A stretch of 63,944 nt of DNA, the filler included, from Collodictyon triciliatum (Eukaryota), in NCBI GenBank assembly GCA_043381765.1. It is 20 parts of 20 records of this genome, joined end to end, with 100 filler letters (N's around TTAATTAATTAA, not from the genome) between each part and the next. Parts side by side here need not be neighbours in the genome. Positions count along the whole stretch, not along the records: positions 13,258 to 16,470 come from JBHJMP010007640.1; positions 16,571 to 19,782 come from JBHJMP010007641.1; positions 19,883 to 23,094 come from JBHJMP010007642.1; positions 23,195 to 26,403 come from JBHJMP010007643.1; 16 more parts are not named here. One strand, 5' to 3'. Positions 13,347-24,085 of the stretch are shown here, piece after piece. The position numbers were made by a program, and so were the translations under genes. The notes under the pieces were generated by a model. That model worked only from the letters and a program-made list of their open reading frames with translations, did no database searches and was not told the origin of the DNA. Position 1 is the first letter of the stretch; every line of letters starts with the position of its first letter.

Positions 13347-16261
13347 CTATCAGAGCGACTGAGTGGAACATTCCAGCAGAAATCTTGGTTACAAAGCGCC
13401 TGTCCAAAGTTTCGACCTCACAAGGGAGATATCGGTCGCGTTTAGGGTCAGCGGGAATGGAGTCAAATATTGAAGGCGGTAGATTTGTTTGCCCATGATT
13501 ATGTCTCGAATCTCGAAGGCGGGTGCGCTTTTCCATCACAGATTCCTGGCGAGTTTCCGCAACAATGCCAAGCTGCCCATTACTATTTGAACCCCAGCTG
13601 TATAATATGCCTTGGTCTTTTGTCGAAAAAATTAAATATGATTAAATAAAGATAGATACAAAAGAAAGCTCAGAAAAATTAGTCAAGATGGAATAAAAAA
13701 TATTTTTTTTCCTTTATGCGATTCAAAGCAAGATGGAATAAAATTAATTAATCTGAACGGGCAAAAGATCGAGATTGATTGAAAATAATCATTTATTGGC
13801 TTAAGAAGCTTCATTACGCAATACAATTTCATTACCTGTGAGTGCGTGGGAATGGTAATATCCACATGCAACCGAAGTGACTTTTCCATCGAAAACAGTA
13901 GGGTCTACTTTTCTTGGCACATGTTGATTGATTGTCAGCCCCAACCCAAGTTGCCCATGCTGGCCTCTTCCCCAACTGAAGACATCCCCGACCACTGGAA
14001 TATAGGTATTATTAAGTGGTGATGAATTCTCTTACAAAAAAAAAACGTATCCTTGAGCAAAAGAATATTATATACCAAAAAAATTAAATTGGAAAGTATA
14101 GAGTAAAACAACCGTTAACGAAAGCTAAAATACTGGAAATCAACCACTGATCAAATGTGTCAAAATATTATAAATAATATATTGCTGTAGAAATATTTAT
14201 ATAGCGAGTGTATTCAGAGGGATATGTATCTACCTGTAAGAAGAAATGCCCCGATATTTGATTGATTTTTTGATTTTTTGGTTGTTTTTTGGTAAGTCAT
14301 GGACAGTACGTACCATGGCAAGTATTTATTTCTTCAAACAAAGCTCCTTAAAAAATGGTTTACCTGTTAGTGCTATAGTGTGCTCTGCTCCACAGCTAAC
14401 TTCGTGTATTTTGACATGCTGTAGAGTCATGACGCGGGTGAATTGGAAATATATTCGAGTATCTCCATGACCAAGCTGACCGTATTCATTCGCTCCACAT
14501 GTGTAGAGGGCTCCTTTACCTATTAATAAATTTTCAAATCAACCATTTATTCACCTTTTAGACTCTAAATGAATAATATGAAACAATATATTCATATGTC
14601 CAGTATTTGATAAGATGACCAGGACATATCATTTTCTTTATTTCTTCTTTTTCACTTAATTCGGCCAAGCGCTTGTTTTACCTGATATAGCTGCATTGTG
14701 CATCCAGCCACAGCTAACTTTTTGTGCTCGGAATCCTTCTTCCACTTGATCAACCTCTGTTTATTTTTCAGATTATGGATTGAGTACATAATTTTGTGAC
14801 AGTTTTTCGATGAAATTTTTTTTAAATGAATACAGGGTCTGTATGTAAAGAAGCTTATCTAAAGCAATTATTTGTAACCTGCTTCATCTAAATCAAGTTT
14901 ATCTCTGGAATTTGAAAAAATCTTCGATTTGCTGAGGGTGGACGAAAGCTTGTTCTTGTAGACGCTCGTATAAACGATAAGCGTGGTTAAGTAGAGTTCA
15001 ATCAACGACTCTACTTTTAAAAAGAACCCCTGATGGCGATGAATATTGATAAATAGATATCATAAATAATCAAGAAGGTATTTCAATTTAAGTCATTTAT
15101 ATTCATTACCGATGGAAATAATTGCAGTAATTATCATTATTACTATTACCAAAGCATTTGTATACTGACCTCGTCTACATCAACACCCCGAGAAACATGC
15201 GATTCTGGTAGAATCCTAGCATGGTTCATTCTCTGGACTAGGTTCGGGAATTGAGATCCATTCGGATCCAAGAACGAAACCAATTCGAGCTAACAGATTT
15301 GATTGAATGTTAAAAAAAAAAAAAAGCACATAAACATTTGTACAGCACTATCGATAATATAAATCACAGGGGGGAACTGGATTAAATGTCACAATTTATT
15401 CTTATCACACACCATTTGAGTTCGATTGAGCAACGGGAGCAAGGAAAGTATGCGGCTGTAATGAAACGAAATACTACTATTGTCTTCCATCATGACCTAT
15501 ATCAATTTTTAAGCAAACAAACTCAAGTACTTGATATGGGCTATTATTGGATAATCAGATGTTAGATTGAAGATGAAAGGAATTAGACAAAGAGGAAAAG
15601 AAAAGATAGTCGTTACCTGCAACTTTTCAGAAAGCTCTAAACCATCAAGCAATATCCCATCTGATGATAAATGCAAATACTCTCCATATCCATAGTCCTA
15701 CGTTAAAAAAGAAAATTTCAGCACAGGCTATATGCGTGTATTTATATTTCACTTTAAATAACGAAGAAATGGTTGTAATAAAAGAGCTAAAATTCAAACT
15801 TTTATAAAGAAGCTGGCAAGACTCAAAGAATGAATAATGTAGATTTATTTCCAGTTGGTGTTTCTAATAGTAACATGTCAAATAGTGTAAAAATATTATT
15901 ATTATTAGATTTACTTACACGAAGAAGCTGCAATTCCTGCTGATTGATATGAAAAAGGCCGCGATTTACCAGCATACTAAGTGCTCTCTGCATGATACCG
16001 TGGTGATGTGCAACCTGTGAAAATATGAAAATTGGGATAAAGCATCTTAAAAAAGTACTAATGAGGGAAATCATGCACTATTTTTTCATCTGGAACAGAT
16101 ACCATAAAGAACATATCCTTCATTCCTGAAGAAAGGAGAGTTGTAAGTGCAGATGCGACTGTATAATTTTGATTTTCTTTCAAAAATGACTGTAAATCCC
16201 TCTTCAGTTCTATCTGGAAAGAAAGTTGTAATTGATTTTCCCGTTCTAGATAATCTCCAAA
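13347..16261 (-). CDS. RCC1-repeat-containing protein, partial, at least 10 exons
   Basis: Exons encode KVSCGWMHNAAIS, ALYTCGANEYGQLGHG, EVSCGAEHTIALT, VFSWGRGQHGQLGLG, VACGYYHSHALT, LYSWGSNSNGQLG and ISAGMFHSVALI, preceded by a helical region. Confidence 0.9.
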
Positions 16262-16371
16262 CTTTTTTTCCTTTATTCGATTCAAAGAAATAACCTCCAA
16301 ACTTAATAACTTGTGAAAATTTTGGTTGCAAACATTGTAATGAAAAGTAAGGTATTTAAAAAAACGTTCGC

Positions 16372-16468
<97 letters not shown>

Positions 16469-16570
16469 TTNNNNNNNNNNNNNNNNNNNNNNNNNNNNNN
16501 NNNNNNNNNNNNNNTTAATTAATTAANNNNNNNNNNNNNNNNNNNNNNNNNNNNNNNNNNNNNNNNNNNN

Positions 16571-16728
16571 CATCTGTGAGCCTGCGGGCCTTGTTCTTGT
16601 TGTAAACGACTTGCTCGACCCCGTGCAAAAATACTGTCCGCTCAGACAGACTTGCAGGCGGCTTCCTTGCACGGATCTTCCTAGATTTACGTGCCACTCG
16701 GGGTCTTTCCGCACCAGCGTTGGAACCA
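16571..16728 (-). mobile_element. 5' end and ORF1 start of non-LTR retrotransposon family A (cut by contig end)
   Basis: The reverse complement is highly similar to 20600-20757 (ARKSRKIRARKPPASLSERTVFLHGVEQVVYNKNKARRLTD). Similarity starts at TGGTTCCAACGCTGG in both copies. Confidence 0.75.
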
Positions 16729-17201
16729 GAAGAACTGGCTGCAACTTGCCAGGCCTTCGAATTGTATTTTGCATTTACCTCGGGTTAGAAAGCGCTTCGC
16801 AGCTAACACGTTTAAAATACACGGTTCGACCCCTTTGCGACCTTTATCAAGATTATGCGTTTATTCAAATTGTGTACTTTTTAATTTTCTGCAGGGATTT
16901 TAGTTAAATTACCAAATTGCTTGGCATCTTTATTAAACTAATCGCAGTACATATATTTTCCACTTAAGCATTAATCTTTATGGAAATTCTGGCGGCACAG
17001 AAGCTAAATCAGAAGTCTCGCGCAAGTCAAATCAAAGCAGCCCGCTGCAGCCATCGCACCACAGCGAGTCGCAAGTGAGCTTTGCTTGCCCTTCTAAGAC
17101 ACATCCATCACCCGTCCCGATCACAGGAGGATCTGTCCAGTATCTGAGCTTCTTTCTCACCCCCTTTTTTTCTTCATCTGAAACAGACAGAAAGAAGACA
17201 G

Positions 17202-17603
17202 ATGTCCAGCGCAAGTGCCTCAGAAAGTGGTGTTAACGTGGCCTTTGAAGCTCGGCTGGCCAAACTGGAGGAGTTTTTCTCCTCACCTGAGCTTACGTCG
17301 GCTATTGGTGAGTTTGGGACAAAGAATGCAGGCAAGTTCGACCCAAGCAGAGAGGAGCAGACGCACGAGCAGTACCAAATCTTTGAGGAGTATGTGGCCG
17401 TGGTTGACGCACAGTTGGATGCTTTCTTGATCAAGGAAGGAATCTCGACAGATGAAATGTTCGAGGCGTGCAACTATGCAAAAAAGACAAAAAGCGGAGC
17501 GGAAATGTGCGTGGACTACCTTCTGGCTTGTGCGGATTACGACAGTTTCAGGAACCTGATGTACGACTTTTGGGAAATGCAACAATACAGCGAAGATATG
17601 TGA
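17202..17603 (+). CDS. BART-domain protein (ARL2BP/CFAP36-like), intronless
   Basis: 133-aa ORF with EQTHEQYQIFEEYVAVVDAQLDAFL..GIS..EMFEAC and DYLLACADYDSFRNLM, the BART domain pattern. Confidence 0.85.
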   Translation: MSSASASESGVNVAFEARLAKLEEFFSSPELTSAIGEFGTKNAGKFDPSREEQTHEQYQIFEEYVAVVDAQLDAFLIKEGISTDEMFEACNYAKKTKSGAEMCVDYLLACADYDSFRNLMYDFWEMQQYSEDM

Positions 17604-18787
17604 CTTGGCGAGCCCTGCAGAGAGGCTGTCTCATCGTCATTCCAACCACACGGTAATTATGATTGCATATACAATCTTTCTTTGTATGTATTTTTTTTCT
17701 TATTTCTCTTAAATCACCGCCGCATTATCTATGTTTTTTTTTTTTAAAAAATTAATTAAAATAATCATTATAATCACAATCATAATCATTCGACAGTATA
17801 AGAATTATCCGAAACCAACCGCATGCATTATTTTCTTGATAACACACATTTGCTATACTAGAACATACCATGATACTTCGACATCCATCATTTCCAACGC
17901 TTGTCGAAAATCTTTGCAAAGACCATTATTGATTGGTATTTTTTTTTTTACCTCAACGCGGGAAGAGAGTGGAAACTTTCATCGTTGGTTCCTCTTCCTC
18001 CTATTCCAATACCCCTTCCTTTTTTGATTAAATAAACAAGCCAAGCCAAGCCAAGCCAACCCAAAACCAAAGTCAAAGACGCCTGCGGTTGGGGCGACGG
18101 AGGCCCAGAGCCACGGGACACCCACAACACAGGAATCTGACCCGCGATGCAACAGATTCCGCAGATATAGGACGGCCCCAGGCTCCACCCTTTTTTATTC
18201 CAATTGAGGATCCCTAACGGATTTCCGTTACAGTAGCAAAGCATAGCCTTGCGTATCCACCAATAGCGCGGTGGGCTATGTAAGGTAAGTGCGCATCATT
18301 CCCAAGCATCGATTGTCGCGGCACGCAATGAATCTGCTGCGTGTCTGATGCTTCCGCCAAAGTTGAATCCCGAAAACACGCCAAAGAGAGACTCAAACGG
18401 GGTCGTAGGTTACACAGTCTTTGCCGATGAGACACTATGCACGGCGAATATATGGGCGTAGTCACATCATCGGATATTCTCAATACCCTGGGGTCTTCAC
18501 AGCTCATTTTTTTACTTATTTTTCTTTACTTTTCGCATCCCTTTAGCGGAGTTCTTTGCATTTTCTTTGCTATTTCCCTCTCTCTCTATTGGGAAAGTTG
18601 ACTCTCCTGTTATTGCTCGCTGCTCTCTCTCTCTCTCCATACTTACCTCTTTCTGCACCGCATACATAGAATGAGAGAGAGGAGAGACGACTCAATATAT
18701 ACCACATCTGTTGTCTGCATCATTCTATAAGCAGAGTCTCTCGTGTAGGGCAACCGCAAGAAAGAAAGAAAGGAAGAGAAGAAAAAA

Positions 18788-19607
18788 ATAGGGCAGATTG
18801 TGTCTGGTGGTCGGTGCGGCGCATCCTGCATCGATTCTGTTGTGACGGCCCCTGTGAGCCGGTTGGGTCAGGCTGATCTATTGGATTTGTCCAAATCAAC
18901 ACACTGTGAGTAGCATAGAATTGTTATCACCAATCGCCTGCCATAGTGGTTGTTGCACAAACTAAAGATATGGTGAGGACAAATAGTCTTCACCAAGAAG
19001 GCCTAGTTCATAGCGGCTGCAATATAAACAGCCTCCATATATGAAATGAAGGAATTTGCAATAATATAAACGAAGTGTTATTCTCTATGCAACATATTTG
19101 CCCCCTTTTTGTTATTAAAATAAAAGAGAGAATGATTTAAGCCTCTCCGCATATTTTCTATGAATCCTGTCGTGGTTTGAACCGTTATTCGTGCAAACAC
19201 GGCCTTGCTCATATCACTGCTCTTGTAGTCACTCAAGATGAAATACTGAATCTGTTTGAGCATTTCAAGAGTATAAGCGGTTCAATCAACCTGGATAATG
19301 TGATCGACAAGTCCGAGTTTTTACAGGTAGTTCATCACATTCTATAGCTGTTGATTTCTTCTCTGTTCTTTTAATTGTTTGTTTCTTTTTATTAAGCGAC
19401 ACCCTATGTGGTAAGTGACATCAGACAGCCACTAACTTTTGCTCGTGCTTTGCCATTCTAAGGCTTTGGGATTTCAAGAGACCATCGTATCTGAGCGCCT
19501 ATTTCGGGTTTTTGATAAGAACGGCGATGGTTCTATTACATTCAAAGAGTTTGTAACGGGCTTATCGATATTTTGTAGTCGAGGAACGCTGGAGGAAAAA
19601 CTTGCAT
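18788..19607 (+). CDS. Calcineurin B-like EF-hand calcium sensor, partial
   Basis: Exons give [42 protein letters not shown]...[39 protein letters not shown], matching CBL/CNB EF1-EF2. The start is ambiguous (see findings). Confidence 0.88.
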
Positions 19608-19882
19608 GTATAATCTCCAATTCGTGAATTTCAATTTAAATGCAACCTAATCTTGATTTATGGCTGGACCTAATCCGCTTTTCTTTTCTTTTTTTTTTTT
19701 TAAAAAAAAAAAAAAATTCACTCAACCCCCTCCTTTGTAGCATGGAGTCCATCAAATTTGAAGTTGAGTAACTCTATATTTTNNNNNNNNNNNNNNNNNN
19801 NNNNNNNNNNNNNNNNNNNNNNNNNNTTAATTAATTAANNNNNNNNNNNNNNNNNNNNNNNNNNNNNNNNNNNNNNNNNNNN

Positions 19883-20030
19883 ACAAATGAGAATACAAAT
19901 GAGAATACAAATGAGAATACAAATGAGAATACAAATGAGAATACAAATGAGAATACAAATGAGAATACAAATGAGAATACAAATGAGAGTACAAATGAGA
20001 ATACAAATGAGAATGCAAATGAGAACATAA
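19883..20030. repeat. 12-bp tandem repeat (ACAAATGAGAAT)n, intronic
   Basis: About 11 directly visible units. Confidence 0.9.
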
Positions 20031-20196
20031 TTGAAAAGACAAATGAAAATGAAAAATAAGTATATAAAAGATAATACACAATATCCTCCACGATTATTGA
20101 GCGCGGTACTGACACTATTTCAGCATAAAATCTAAGGCACGTAAAGCGAAAAAAAGCCGTGAGCAGAAGTCGCACAACAGGGACTGACCTGAGCAC

Positions 20197-20367
20197 CTGA
20201 AAGGCGTCTGGAGACGGAAAAGCAGGCGGCCTACGCGTGGCCATCCACTTCATGGCAGCGGTGGCGGCCGGATCGCGCCACGTGGACCACGGATTGCGAA
20301 ACGTGCCGCCAGGGCGATGATGCTCTTTGTTGTGGGTTGATTCCTTCACACCTGACGAGTCGCCCAT
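20197..20367 (-). CDS. First exon of an NAPE-PLD-like metallo-beta-lactamase-fold protein
   Basis: MGDSSGVKESTHNKEHHRPGGTFRNPWSTWRDP..KWMATRR followed by CAG|gtgctc. HH..G.FRNPW.TW is the typical N-terminal motif of NAPE-PLD/RomA-like proteins. Confidence 0.65.
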
Positions 20368-20599
20368 GCCGGAAGTCTGAGTCGAAAGCAGGTGGTCGAA
20401 TCACTAGTCGCTAAAGAAAACGAAGGGCAGACAATGGATGTGCATGCGAAGAGACAGGAGTCTCGGGGCAAGAAGGACAGCTGCAAATATAATCTCTTTC
20501 TTTATGCCGCAGCCAACATGCTCGTAACTGGGGTGCGCTTTGAGTAGCTTTTTCTTTCTTTGCTTCGAGGTAGAATCGGCAGTTATGCTCTGATACGAA

Positions 20600-22215
20600 T
20601 GGTTCCAACGCTGGTGCGGAGTAACCCCGAGTCGCACGTAAGTCCAGGAAGACCGTGCAAGGAAGCCGCCTGCAAGTCTGTCTGATCGGACAGTATTTTT
20701 GCACGGGGTCGAGCAAGTCGTTTACGACAAGAACAAGGCCCGCAGACTCACTGATGCGCTCGCCTCCTTCTTGAAAGCGAACAAACTTTGGGAAGAGTCC
20801 ATCCAATTGCGCTTACTGAACAGCGAAGACATTTGCCTGATTTCCTTCCGCACTGCGGAAATCGCCCGAAAGCTTCTGGAGCTGAAGCAGGTAAGTTTGA
20901 GCGATGTTACGATCAGCTTCAGCAGAAGTAAACCAACAGAGACATCGGTGATGCTCTACCAACTACCACTGGACATGTGGCCGCAACTACTTCGTGAGGA
21001 GCTGAAGCCGTTCAGACCGACCCAAGTGGAGATATAAAAAGGACAAAGGCTTCTTCACAGACACGGCCGTGGTGAAGCTTCTTTGTCACAAGAACCAGCT
21101 CCCTTCAAAGTTTACGGTCATGGGTAAAAAGTGTCCAAAGCGTATCTCAAAGAGCGTCCGCCAGCTGCGAACAACGAACGACAAGTAAAAGCCCCGCAAA
21201 ATATACACCCGCCAAGCAGACAAGCAGCAACGGGTTCAAGGAAGCCAAGGCCAAGTAACAACAGAGTCCGCAACACTCACAGCAGATACGCGCATACAGC
21301 GACAGCGACGATGACATGGAAGAAAATCTCGGTTCCTCTTCAGAATCCTCGCACTCGAGCCCTCCACTGCCAAAATCGGACAAGCCCGTGCATTGCAAGA
21401 CCCAAGAGCAGCGCATCACCAAACCCCGAAAGAAATCCCCTTAAACTACCCATTCAGACTGACGTGAATATGGTTAACATAGGAAGCATCAAGGCAGTCT
21501 TCGTTACTTATCCGAAAGGATACTCCAAAGCGAAGGCAACACAAGAACCAGCGCCCACCAAAGGTAGTCCGTTTACGCTGCTCCAGCCCGTCGCACCGAG
21601 AACCAAGGAGCAAGAGCAAACAGCACAAGTAGAATCCAAGCTTGGAACTTCACACACCAAAGACAGTCCGAGCAAGCAGGAGCGTATGTTTCTAAAACAA
21701 CAAATGCGTATCCATACTCTGGTTAAGCAAAGTCCACTGCCGGCTACGCATGGTTCCGAAACCAGAGGACGGTCAAGCGCCACTTCCGTGAATACCAGAC
21801 AAACAACAATGTATCGCCATCTGTTTGAATCACCCAGCAAGAAACGCAAGGAAAGTGACCCGTAATCTCCTCAAAAGATTCATCCAGTGGAATGAGATAG
21901 GATGTAAACCTTGTCTGAGATAGACAGTTGAAAGTACTCGTCGGAATCGATTTTCCAAGTAACTGCCATGTGCGTACTTTCATCGACCCGACAACTTTAT
22001 CCGCTCTTCTTTCAGTCCTTAATGCACCCAGAAATCGCGTTGGATTTGAACCACTTCTGGTAGAATAGTCTGCGTGTGAGAACACTTTCTCTCTTTTCTT
22101 TTTTCTTTTTCTTTTTTTCCAAAACACAAAAACTCCAACCACACGACACGGGGATTTCCACTGCCTCGTCCACAGCTCATTTCTTGTCCTAGAGGCGAAG
22201 GCGGTTTCCTCGGCT
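20600..22215 (+). mobile_element. Non-LTR retrotransposon family A: ORF1 region (frameshifted) and downstream pyrimidine tract
   Basis: Multi-copy (16571-16728 and 43040-44208, both inverted) and intronless. Two RRM-like segments (TVFLHGVE, SVMLYQLPLDM) are followed by a basic/Ser-rich tail, as in L1/Tx1-type ORF1. No RT is attached in the window, so the class is inferred. Confidence 0.65.
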
Positions 22216-22399
22216 TTGTTTTCTCTCAATAAACTGTTGGAATGAAATAAAAATGTCTAATTCCAAGCTGTTTCGATGTATAGATTTATCAGCCTGAATC
22301 CTTATAAACTGGGAAAAATTAGTGGATGGGCCGAAAACACAGGCATTATAGACCTACCGATAGCCAAAAGCTGAAGGCAAGTGTATAGCTCAGCTGATT

Positions 22400-23094
22400 C
22401 CCGAAGCGCTGCACCCACCGCTCAATAATTCCGACAGAGAGCTATGAAAAGGTGTGCGTGTGGTTCATGCGACAAAGGAGATGTGGGAAAGCGTCGTAAG
22501 ATATCCCTCGTCACATCCCAGTCCCTGATACCTTCACAATCAATCAACCTGTTGGCATGCTCGCACAAAAAACTCGCTGTCACTGATTCCTTTCTAGTAA
22601 TGGCCTTTACTAATAAGTTTTTCATACTTAGGTTTGCTTTCCACCATGTTCCCTTGACCTTCCCTCGTATAGTTCAACCTTCTTGAAGTAAAAGTTAAAC
22701 ACAAAATGGAAAGTTTGATTTAACACTCCCAATTTATAAAAAAGAAGAAACCACTTATGATTTATATTATCATTTTTATTGAGATTTATTGCTTTCATTT
22801 CAGCTTGATTGAGCGAGAATGGTGTCCACATGAATGGAATGATTTTGAGGATATCATTTGAGATTCTGATATCTGTTTTGCTTGATACCAAGCCTCCTAC
22901 TTTTCGTCCAAAACAGTTACACCGTCATAGTTCGGAGCACTCACAATCCCCAGCAGTACTTTCATCGGTCTATCAACGGGATTAGTATCGCAGTAGTCGC
23001 TCAAATGGCTTATCGCGTCATTTTTCTGGGCGCTTGTCATTTGAGTGAAGTGCTGGAACGGCATGGACGCGTTTTGCTTGGAGTTTGATTTGCT
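22400..23094 (-). mobile_element. Degenerate dispersed repeat, probably a retrotransposon ORF2 C-terminal fragment
   Basis: Homologous to 26504-26720 and 50760-50940, with the shared minus-strand peptide K.SV.ASWSGGRPNWLIGC (here KESVTASFLCEHANRLIDC). Many stops. Confidence 0.5.
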
Positions 23095-23399
23095 NNNNNN
23101 NNNNNNNNNNNNNNNNNNNNNNNNNNNNNNNNNNNNNNTTAATTAATTAANNNNNNNNNNNNNNNNNNNNNNNNNNNNNNNNNNNNNNNNNNNNTTTTTC
23201 TCTCTTTTTCTCTCTTTTTTCTCTCTTTTTTCTCTCTTTTTTCTCTCTTTTTTCTCTCTTTTTTCTCTCTTTTTTCTCTCTTTTTTCTCTCTTTTTCTCT
23301 TGGGAGTCACTCGAGGACAAAAACAAAAGCAAAAAGCGAGTTGCAGAAATTAAAAAGTGGATAAAAAAAAAACATACACCTTCCTCTTAAAAAAAAAAA

Positions 23400-23524
23400 C
23401 AGACTGTTGGATCTCATCTGACAGCCTTCATCACTACACAATCTTTGCGAAAAAAAAAAGCTGTGAGACCTTGGATACTTGCGGACCAGGTTAACCAGTC
23501 GAAAGATTGGTATACCCCTTCTAG
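23400..23524 (+). ncRNA. Orphan copy of the Fanzor 3' module: candidate omegaRNA scaffold with Helitron-like 3' terminus
   Basis: Colinear with 59178-59298 (CAGCCTTCA.CAC.ACACAA.CTTTG.GAAAAA..TGAGACCTTGGATACTTGCG.ACCAGGTT). Ends in hairpin ACCAGTC-GAAA-GATTGGT (23494-23511), a 9-nt spacer, CTAG (23521-23524) and then T. Confidence 0.7.
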
Positions 23525-24085
23525 TCAAATAAAAACAACGAACCGGAGAACAAACAAACAAAAAAATCAATTGAAAGCCGTTCACAAACGATCCATCCCA
23601 ACGCCTGTCGTTTATTCAACCGGCCGTAAAAGAATGGCACGACTTTGAATACGTCACATCGCAGGCATTGAGGGAAACCTGTCCATGAAGCACCTTTGAG
23701 ATGGGCGTGTCCTTGCATGCCTCATGTTCTTGTTTATGCGCGTGAGCCACGCCTCAAAGTGCCCGCTCAGACCCCGACTCTTGTCATCGACTCGTTTCAG
23801 TCCGCAGTCCGCACCATAACATTACCTTTTAGTTACCCTCTTGCTTCCTTCTTGCTTCTTTCTTGCTTCTTTCTTATTTCCTCCTTATTTCCTCCTTATT
23901 TCCTCCTTATTTCCTTCTTATTTCCTTCTTATTTCCTTCTTATTTCCTTCTTATTTCCTTCTTATTTCCTTCTTGCTTCCTTGCTTCCTTCTTGCTTCCT
24001 TCTTGTTTCCTCTAAACCCAAACAAATCGAAAAAGAAAGAAAAGAGAAAAGAAGCACCCCAAGAACCGTCATTTTCAGCCCGTGA

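Noticed and set aside
20600-23094. ORF1 (+) next to an ORF2-like fragment (-) as a twin-priming inversion
   Set aside because: The segments are tail-to-tail, differ in decay level and share no visible TSD. Independent insertions are the simpler explanation.
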